From Chlorokybus atmophyticus (lineage: Eukaryota; Plantae; Mesostigma and Chlorokybus algae), in the NCBI GenBank assembly GCA_009103225.1, contig RHPI01000385.1:81962-145961 (forward strand): a DNA stretch of 64,000 nucleotides, read 5' to 3'. The position numbers were made by a program, and so were the translations under genes. The notes beneath the pieces are model-generated. The model was not told where the DNA came from. It ran no database searches and was given only the letters and a program-made list of their open reading frames with translations. Shown piece after piece: positions 52,190 through 62,039 of this stretch. Numbering within the stretch: the first letter of the stretch is position 1; each line of letters starts with the position of its first letter.

Positions 52190-54400
52190 ATGCGTCATGC
52201 GCGTCACCGTTGGGGATGTTGCAAGTACTTCACCGTCCATCATGTCCAGTAGTACTGCTGCGCAACACCCTTTGCCTTAGAGTCGATAGGAGCTTCTTCA
52301 TTGGATGGCCATCACACTGCATGCATCGATCAAGTCCGCCATGGCCATCGCAAGATGTAATCCATAAGTACTGATATGTAAGTACACACGCGTATGAAGC
52401 GTGCTATGTACTATGTAAGTACTACTATGTAGTACACATGCGTATGAAGCGTGCATAGTGCGAATCAATCACGCCCAACTTCATTGTTGTTGGAGTGGAC
52501 TCGAGACTGGTAATGACGCACAATTTCTGGCTAGGCCAGTATAGAAGGGTAGGTCCCTTTTGCTGTACAGTCGCGTGCAAAACCCCTCCCTCGTGTAAAC
52601 CACTGCCAAGACCAAAAAGGGAAGCAAGGTGCTCTGCGCTGTTTGCGCGACAGTCATGTGGCGAATGCAACCGTCCTCCTGGCACATGTGGGGCTGTATA
52701 TAGCAAGCAGGCATGTCCGCCACAAAGACATCATTGATGCAACGCAAGACTCCGCGTGCCAATTTTGACAGCAGCTGTGTGTTGCCTTGCCAGCTAGTAA
52801 CCTCAAATAGTAGCCTCAATTGCTGCATGAACTCCAATTCACACGATAGCAATTAGCCATTGGCTAAATGCACAGCTACATTATTTTACCTAAAATGCAT
52901 ATGCGCTGCCTATACAGCTCGTCGGCTCGGCAGCAGTGCGCAAGTACAAGTTGTTCAACAGAAACTTTAGCATGTCATACAGGCACTGCGCAGTGAATGG
53001 GCGCCAGTCATCATCATTGTTTGAGATTGCTGCTATTGTCCAGTGGTGCTGCACATATCTATTTAACTGTACATTCACATGCGGACACGTTGCTCGCACC
53101 TTCGCCGCTTGCATGTGAAAAATAGCGTTCACTAGGCGCGTCATGCGCTGCAGTAACTCAGCGGGCTGTATCTTTGTATACAGGGTGGTGAAACCCCATA
53201 TTTGCAGCTGCACGTGTTGTCGCTTGTCACTGATTGTGCTTGTGGTGTTGAACACTTTTTGCAATCGGCAAAATGCCATTGTGTCCGTCATGATCCCATT
53301 GTTGCGTATCGCCGGCAGTCCTACTGTCTTTGACCAAAGATCGTGCCACACTTGCTGCATGCATTAGTACGCCCCCCNNNNNNNNNNNNNNNNNNNNNNN
53401 NNNNNNNNNNNNNNNNNNNNNNNNNNNNNNNNNNNNNNNNNNNNNNNNNNNNNNNNNNNNNNNNNNNNNNNNNNNNNNNNNNNNNNNNNNNNNNNNNNNN
53501 NNNNNNNNNNNNNNNNNNNNNNNNNNNNNNNNNNNNNNNNNNNNNNNNNNNNNNNNNNNNNNNNNNNNNNNNNNNNNNNNNNNNNNNNNNNNNNNNNNNN
53601 NNNNNNNNNNNNNNNNNNNNNNNNNNNNNNNNNNNNNNNNNNNNNNNNNNNNNNNNNNNNNNNNNNNNNNNNNNNNNNNNNNNNNNCCCTTTGTCAGCCG
53701 GATGCTGGCATCTAACAATGATGTGCGCGACGCTGCTGTTATGAAACGCGGCTTGGGCAAGTCGTTATGCCGTTTGTACATCATGTATATATGCGGCAAT
53801 CTTGCTAATTATCGTGACATGGTTGTTTGACAGGCATGTGCTTCGTTCCATGGAGCATAGTGCTACAGCTGATGTGTCAAGGTGAAAACCTTAATAAGGG
53901 AAAAGCCCTTGACATTGTTGGCATTTCTCCCCCGTTACATTTGGTATCGGAGCAAGGTCCTCCTTGTGGGTGGGCCTTATTGTGTTGTGGTTATTTATTG
54001 TGGTAGAGCAACGCCGCCAGCAAGCCACTAGGCCGCTAGCGGCGCCGCCGTTCACATCCTCCAGGTCAGAAGCCTGGCAAGCCATCTACTGCGCAGCCTC
54101 CTGCGCAACAGCCTGCGACGCAGCAGGTACCATCGTATCGGCCGCCGGACTGACTGCCGCGCGTCAGTTCCTGCCCCCTTGCGGTCGACCGCCGCCAGGC
54201 CAGCGGCAACCAAAGCCTGGCAAGTCGCCACGACTAGCCAGACTTTCAACATAAACAAGCAACAAATTAGCTTGAATAGGTTGTTTTGTGCTAATCTGGC
54301 CCCTCTTCCTTGTGGAGAGGTGGATGTGCGTGAGTGTTTGCTGGCTCGCGTGCATTGTGTGCGTATTTGTGCACAATTAATAGCAAAAAGTGCCTCTCGA
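52190..54400 (-). mobile_element. Degenerate Penelope-like element RT (Naiad/Chlamys-type motifs), interrupted by an assembly gap; outer limits approximate
   Basis: LPHIYMMYKRHNDLPKPRFITAAS, GFTTLYTKI (DFSTLYT-like), MLKFLLNNLYL, LYRQRI..AVHLANG..LSCELEFM, RCINDVF (RYIDD-like), TRLYSKRD, GVIDSHYARFIRMC. Frameshifted. Confidence 0.85.
53378..53686. other. Assembly gap (309 N)
   Basis: Run of N flanked by short poly-C on both sides. Confidence 1.
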
Positions 54401-54712
54401 GATAATCCCCTCAATAATTGAGGGAGCCTCTCGGATGTTCCTCTGCGCTGCAATAGAGCACTTGGTCATTGTGTTGCTTTGCTTTGCATCGCAATCGGTG
54501 ACAGCACTCACTCACACGTTAACACCATTCTTTGAGTGGCATTACACTCAATTTTACAACACGAGCAGCCCCAGGCATCGTTGCAATATGTTTTCCCTGC
54601 CAGCCGACGAAATATCGGCAGCGGCCGTGCACCTGAGGATATTAATTTAGACTGTCGTGGCTCAGTGCGCCTGTAATCTCGATACAGGGACGTAATAGTA
54701 ACTTCCGTTACT

Positions 54713-55110
54713 ATCAGGCCCTTTTTGTTACAATTCGGTCTTTAACAGTTGACTATGCCTAGTTAACAGGCGCTTGTTAGTTACCTATCAGGCCTTAACA
54801 GGTGACTTTATATAATTAACAGGCACCTGTTAGTCACACATCAGGCCTTAACATGTGACTTTATATAATTAACAGGCACCTGTTAGTTACACATCCGGCC
54901 TTACGAGGTGACTACAACTAATCAACGGGCACCTGTAAGTTACACATCAGGCCTTAACGGGTAATTACACCTAATTAGCAGGCACTTGCAAATTACATAT
55001 CAGTCCTACTTAGGTGACTCAGCCTATGTGACAGGCACTTGCAGGTTACACACCAGTCCAGCGCAGGCGACTAAGCCTAATTCACAAGCACCAACTAGGT
55101 AATTATTAAC
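54713..55110. repeat. Tandem array of ~7.5 copies of a 53-bp unit
   Basis: Unit aacaggcacctgttagttacacatcaggccttaacaggtgactttatataatt recurs at 54765, 54818, 54871, 54924, 54977, 55030 and 55083 (exact 53-bp period), with a diverged copy from ~54713. Confidence 0.95.
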
Positions 55111-55452
55111 AAAATAAGGCATTCTTTAACAACTGAAGGTGATCAATGCCTAACTGTCGTCATATGTGTTTGCATAGCTTAACCACACGCGACTGTTACT
55201 GACTGCCAGCATTGTTATGTGCCTGTGTTGTGTACATGTACCTGAAATGTGTACAGTGCCTCTCAGTCACTTGCCAAGGCTTGTAGTTCAATTATGTGAC
55301 TTGAATGCAGTTCTGTTGTATATCATAGGGATGCAAGTATTGACATGCATGAGCATAATAACGATTGACTAAGCTGGTTTAAGATGCACAACACTCAGTC
55401 ACAAGAGCCTTGTAGCTATGTACACTACCAGCTAAACGGACTACAAACTGCG

Positions 55453-57286
55453 CTACAGCTCCTTTCTATCATCGCTTTGCTCGTCATCATGGAACAAAGC
55501 ACCATGCGCTGGGGCCTGTGGAGGAGACACTGGAGCTTGCTCTTCCTCCTCAAACGGTTGTGCCAGCCAATCAAATGCCGCTTCTGCCTCAGCGAGCGTG
55601 TCACGAGCTGCTGCCTCTTGCGGCCGGCGCTGATTGGGATCTTTCATGTATTCGACACAAGATGCAGTGCGGCGTTTCACAAGGGTGAATGGCTGGAGGG
55701 CTGCGTACCGTTGCCTCATCTCCCGCTTCATTAACATGAGCATGGTGTTGATTTCGCTAAGATACTCTTCATGTGTGTCGATGCTGGCAGCTAGAAGAGG
55801 GTCTCCATCTTTGCCCTTTATGATGCGCTCCACCTGCGTAGTTTACAAGCATGTCTTAATGGCGTCGAAAGCCACTATTCACTGCAACGCGTCTGCAAGC
55901 CTGTAGTTTAGGGCTACAACATTCCTGAATTGCTAATGATGGATTTCAGAGTGCTCAGCGTAAACAACAGGTATGCGAGGTGGTTGACTGTCAGTTGCCG
56001 GCGACCAGGTGTAGTGACGGCGTAAGACCAGCATTGCACGATCATTTGCCAGATTATGGGATTACCCCATTCATGGAAGTATTTCCTCCGCTCCGGGTCT
56101 GCATTGTCGGTCACCTCAAATCTCCGCCATGACTTGTCTGCGACGGTCATGTAAACAAGGCATCAGTCACAATATGGATAGTTCAAGTTGAGCCTGCACC
56201 TGGCTAGAATAGTGCCTTTGTCTTACTTTGGAGCGCGCTGCGCATCTGGGCTTTTGGGGTCTCGGGGTCCATTAAGGCGTCGATGTGCCTGATTGAATCT
56301 GATTGCGTTACAATAGGCGAGATGCGTATGTGTGTATGGAGGCTGAGTAAGAAGGCAGTGTTGCATAGCAGACATGGTGGTGAGGGATCCAACTCACTTG
56401 CACTTGTTGCTGTTAAACAGTGTCCACTTGTACTCCTTCTCAAGGACATGCTTGATCTTGGTGACGTTCTCAGACCCGACCTGCGTAGCTTTCTTCAAGG
56501 CGACACTCCAGTGGAAGGGGCACTCCTTGGGCGTCCAGTACACCTCATAGAACTTGGCCGCATCGGCCTCGTCGCCATGGTCGAAGCCAACTACCTGTCA
56601 TCGGCAGGTTGGTCAGTGTCACGGTGCAGTGCGGTAATGAAGCATTCACAGCACCTGACACATGACGTTACGAATAGTGTCCTCCTTGGGATAAATGTGG
56701 CTCTCTACCCAATGGCCGTTTATGATTTCGACGACGGCATCTCGCAAATGCTGACCACAGAAGAACAATCCATTACACACATACACACAGTGTCACAGTG
56801 TCACACAGTGCTTACCTCGCTGCCACTCTTCCACTTGCTTGGGGAAGGGTTGCTGACGGCCGAGGTTGCCACGTCACGGCCAAATGCGTTTGGGTTGGGG
56901 GTTCCAATCGACCCTCTACAAGCACAACCACATGAGTCATGCTGCCAGCCATGAAAGATGCAACCCTCACAGTTGAGAAAGAAGAACAACGTGCACAGTG
57001 TATCCAGAACGCACGCAGTGAGTCACTGTGCCAGTCTTGAAAGAAGCAAGCATCCAAGTTGGAAGTTGAGCAAGAAGCAACGTGCACAGTGCATCAAAAA
57101 CGCATGCAATCTAGCTTGCCCTTGCGACTGCGGTGTCAGGTGGAGTTGTTGTGATGTGCTGGGCATCAGCGCGGGGTCTTGCTGCGATTGGTTGGCGACG
57201 GTTGCCTGGTTGAACACTGGGGGCAATGTGGACAGTTGGCGCCGACCTCCACGACGAAGTGCACCTACGGATGGACCACGAGGCAT
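55453..57286 (-). CDS. Orphan multi-exon gene (gene A) of the accessory module
   Basis: Phase-consistent exons MPRGPSVG..SQG|GSIGTPNP..SE|HLRDAVVEIINGHW..|VVGFDHGDEA..NKC|KHIDALMDP..Q|NKSWRRFEV..YFHEWGNPIIWQMIVQCW..|VERIIKGKDG..DRKEL*. The last junction is not resolved. Confidence 0.65.
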
Positions 57287-57871
57287 CTCTCTAACTGATA
57301 GTCGGTTGCCGCCTGTTTAGCTGATAGTGGCGCCTCCAACGCTGCCGCCGCCGGTTGGCCCGCCCGAATGTACGAGGCGCGAAAACGAAAATGAGGCGGT
57401 TTTGAACGTCTAGTGTCCCGCACTAGAGTCGCACTTGTAGTGCGTCCTTGCTCCTATGGTTGATGGTACGTCTTATGCATTCGTGCCATCCATGCTTCGT
57501 ACAACCATTAATACCAATGGTTGTGTCGTAACATTTATGGTACGACAGAGGCATCTCTCGTCCAACCCCAACCATTGCCGTACAATGGCTCAATGAATGG
57601 TACGACAGAGCCATTGTACAGAGGCATTGCTCAGCCCAAATGGGAGTTAGCGTGCACTCACCCAAACACGCTTCATTGATGGCCGGATGATGGCACGCAG
57701 GGGCACTAGGTCGATGATGGGTCGAATGTTAGGCATAATGGGCCTGGGTTTGAGTAGGAGGCGGAGGACCAGGAGTCGGAGGCGGCGGCGGTGGCGGCGT
57801 GGCACATCTTGCGAGAAGTTGTAGTCGTAAGAGTTCAAGCAGCGAAGCCAGCTACTACCGGGCGCCACGTC

Positions 57872-60800
57872 ATGGATCATGGCAGGCGTCAGCAATGGGG
57901 CTGTCCAACATGCATCACCAATATTGGACAAACCAGCAGGCAAGCCATTAAGGACCATCTTTACACAGAGAGCTGCTTGGTGGCTCGCTTTCTGCAACAA
58001 GGAGTGGATTACGAGCTGCACTCCTTGGAGCCTCTTATCAGAACCATGCGAGACCAATTGCGGCTATGGGAACAAGCACAAAGGAATGCAGAGGTACGCT
58101 CAACAGTCACATGCATTTCCTTGCAAGAGCAATTTATTTTTTAGCGCAGTCCATGTGATACATGTAGCGTGGCTGCAGGCCTCCACTATTCACCCATACC
58201 CACCCTACAGTCAAGCCAACATTGCGAAAGCCAGAGCAGATAGACAGAGCTGGGCGGTATGTTGTTGCCAATCTCGCTGTGCATGTTGACTGCATGCACC
58301 TCCAATGCATGCCTACCTTTGCATACTAGGATGTGCGTGAGCGTGCGAAGTCGCGCGCGCGTGCCGAACGAAGTAGGCTGGGTTTGAGCACATGAGCGTG
58401 TGGCCATTTGTCCGGCATTCAACCAATAGTGCATCAACTAGCAATGACGCAATCCATGCAATCATTTGTGCATCAACCAGCAATGCCGCAGGTGACTGTT
58501 CGAAGCAACCAACTGATGACGGTGTGACGCAGTTGACTATTGCAATTGCAGTGTCGCAAGCATGCAGCTAACCCACATGTAATTGGTTGACAGCACCACA
58601 GTACACTAGGTCCTGTTGGAGCTCCTATGCAAGCCTGGCTTCAATCCCATCAACTAGTCCTTCAATCCCACTTGCTGATGTGCGCGGCGTCAATGCGGCA
58701 TCAGTTTAATGTGCATGTTGGCCTGTTGAATCCCGACATGTCCATTGGGGCAGTGGCGCATAATGTGCCCATGGCTCACGAGCTCCGTGACGAGTCTGCG
58801 ATCGAGGGTGGCGGGGAGAGTGCACCCAATACCACATTGTCAGCCCCCATGGCTTCCCCTGCTCCATGCAGCCCACGGGCCACTGAGGTAAGTCGCTGCC
58901 TTTTTTGCTCGTGCCTTGGTAACAAGTGCGTTAGGCACTGCACAAGCTTATATTCGTCCTTTGCAACATTGTGAGCCATCTCATCCTGGGTCCTGTATAC
59001 AACCCCCCTTGCTGCATGCACAAGTGGTCTCACCTGCCGCTCTCTTGCTCCCCTCGCAGCCAGAGCGCAACCACCTTCCGCGGCACCAGTCCTTCATGCA
59101 CTGCCATCTCCTCCACAAGAAGCACCGGTGATTGCGGGGCAACAATCCTTCTTGCCGCCACCGGCGAGACCACAGCACAATGCAACAATCGATGTGGCTT
59201 CTGCACCTACCTTACCCCACCCGCTGCAAGTTGAAGCCGGCAGTCTGCCCCAAGCTTTGGTACTTTATCAGTCACTGTGACTCTTGCCGTCCACATTTGG
59301 ACACACCATTTGAGTGCTGTATGCGCATGCAGCAGGGGTCACCACCTGCCAGCGAGTCATCAGAGGAGCTAGACGCAACCCGCATACGGCCATCAATCAT
59401 GTTAGGTGGCCAGCTCGCCTCATGGGACCACTTCAATGCGCCAACGGATGGTAATTGCTTGTATCATTGTGCATTTCGCGCCAGGCCATCCATAGCGCAA
59501 AGGGTCCTGGATGATCATAAATGCCCCAGCTCGAGCAGATTTTGGGCCATGCTGGACACCATGGACGACGACGGCACGGGGGACACTCTCCGCAAAATCA
59601 CCGCCAAGGTTGTCAATGCAGGCGTGGCGAGCAGAATCCTAGACTTCTGCAGAGCCACTGGTGCCGCGGGAGAGATGGCGCAGTATTATGACGAACTGCC
59701 TGCGACCATGTTGGCTGATGTCAATTGCAACATTGACATAGCCATGACCAAAGTGCAACAGATCGTGCGGAGAAAAGATGTGTGCGTCAAGCACCTGCAG
59801 ATGACCATGTTTGCCAACAAGCTGGGCTTGTTGATTGGTTGCGTGACCGTTTAGCGCGAGCATGGGGAGTGGATGCCATGGCCCAGCAGCGCAGTTTGGG
59901 TTGGAAATAAAGAAGCCCCCAACTCAGTCCTGGTGGTGGGCAACACTGCTCCTGATGAGCCAGAAGCACACTTTTGGCTCCTCAAGCCTGCAAGCACCGA
60001 ACACTGGTCGTGGCCTATGCATGAAGTGCCACCGGAGGTAACAGACCAGATCGGAGAGTGGCGGAATGGCGTTGCACAACAATTCAGCACCCTCCCTTCA
60101 TGCCGCGGAGACTCACTTGCCACCGCACTCTAACCATCTGGAGGCATCTCCATCAAGAAGCAGCTGTAGCTCGCCCTCTCCCTCTAAGCTTGCCACATTG
60201 ATCCCAGCCTGTCTTGTTGGTAAAGAGATTGATCGAGGTGTCCTGAAAGCTGCGCTGAAAGACAAAGGCTTCATGCGCGACCTCATGAAGCAACATGAGG
60301 TCGTAGAGGAACGGGAGGCAACCAACAAGCGCAAGGCTGTGGAGCAAGAAGAGAACGCCTTACCTCCTCTCAGTGACAGTGCCACGGAGAGCGCCTGCCA
60401 GGATGTGCAGGTTGACAAAAAAAGAAGAAGAAGGTTGTTGGAACAAAGGACGCTGACAGGATTAAATAAGGAAAGGTGAGGCATTGTTACAACGTTAGAA
60501 GAAGCACAGCGCCTTGAAGCCTCAATGGGGCTGACTGTGTGTCCTGAGTAGGCACAGGCGGGTTTACAGCGTCAAGTGGCTGCTCAGCATCCTCCAGAGA
60601 GACAGCCGGTGAGGCACGAGCTGCCTAAGCTCAAAGCACCGACGCGCAGACGCTTTGAGGGGCTGACTCGTAGTGCAAAGGAGTTGATCGCCCTGCAATA
60701 CGCCCAAGACGCGCTGCATCACCGCATGCGGCATGCCTCGAGGTGGGTGACGAAAGTATGCAATAAGTGGGAGCAAACGCGGAGAGTGCGGTCTGAACAG

Positions 60801-61576
60801 ACCTCTGAGGGTTGGCCATGGTTGGAACCCATACACGATATGGACCTCCGTAGTACGTTGTTGCCCCTCGCCGTCCTCGATATGATGGTGTTGTTGCTGC
60901 CGCAGATGTGCAAGAGCTATCCGCGGAGCAAAATTTCGACCTGCTGCAGCAGATGTACCTGTCGATGTCGACTAATGCGGGTTGAGATGTGTGCCACTAC
61001 CTAAGCAAACATACTGGGTGGCAAGTAAAACCATTCGAGCTGTACTTGGCATGCTTTGACTGGCAGTGGCTGTATGTCATACGGCACGTCGAGCTGATTC
61101 TGTGGAAGCGCGAAGAAAATGACGATGCGGGGGAGTACACGAGTGACGACAGCCATGTCGAGGGCCTGGATGAACGCATGCTTGACGAGACCATCAAGAC
61201 CAGCAGGTGGTGTATGGCGGCAGATGGGCAACAGGTGATCAAGCAGGCAGTGGAGCGTTATGCTGCGCCATTCAGATGGGAGTCGCTACGCCTGCGACGC
61301 GATAACAGAGTTTGGTGGCAGAGGCAGCTTGCACACCCGCGTGCACCATGTGTGCTGATTTGTCGCATTGAAGAGCCACCCCCCCCAGCGGATGGGGAGA
61401 CGCCCTGTTGCAAGAAAGCGATGTGCCATGTCTGCATCATAGCACATCAGAAGACTGTGGCAAACAAATCAAAGAATCTACAAGCGTGTCCATTCTGCAA
61501 GCAACCTCACCCGTTTTGGTCGCCACGCCTGATGCAAGACGCCAACGTGTCGGCGGTGATTTGGCCCCCGTCTTAA
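57872..61576 (+). pseudogene. C2HC zinc finger - OTU-like cysteine protease - coiled coil - RING-like gene (gene B), with in-frame stops
   Basis: CPTC..HL...C finger (57902-57976); OTU motif TDGNCLYHCA (59444-59470) with distal His EAHFWLL (59969); RING-like CVLIC..TPCCKKAMCHVC..CPFC (61349-61498). In-frame stops at 59852, 60477, 60549 and 60983, plus a frameshift near 60880. Confidence 0.75.
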
Positions 61577-62039
61577 TGCCAATTGTGCATGTATTGTAGT
61601 TTTGTGTTGGCTTCCTGTGAACCATGTAGGTACATGTATAGTTGCAGCATGGTGCATGGTGCACCAGAGATCTGCTGTTGTTAGAAGCATTGGCTGTACA
61701 TGTGTATGATGACTGCCCGGCGCATGAGTCAGTGCATGGCTTGCATACCTCGCTGGTTTAGAGCGTGGTTGACAGCAACAAACTCGGACAGCGCTCTGGG
61801 TTCCATGGCATGACAGCACAGTATTACTCTACGATCGTGGTAGTATGCGAGTATCCTTGTACTGTAGTACCATTAACAGATGGAGTACCATGCATGATAC
61901 TGCAATAGCGTATCAGGTACAGTCGTGCTTCACTTGAAGTTTGACCCATTTATGGTTCGTAAGCTGGCAACCCTAAATTGATGCCCATACCCTAAAGTCT
62001 CGCTCAGTTTGTGGGCAGCCGTGCCAATTCCTATTTTAC

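Noticed and set aside
53860-53900. Hammerhead ribozyme of the Penelope-like element (CTGATG..GAAA)
   Set aside because: It is on the strand opposite the RT, the core is CTGATGT rather than CTGANGA, and stems I and III are not supported.
54713-55110. CRISPR array
   Set aside because: The units are contiguous 53-bp tandem copies with no unique spacers, there are no cas genes, and the context is eukaryotic.
56283-56954. 223-aa plus-strand ORF
   Set aside because: Antisense shadow of the spliced minus-strand gene A.
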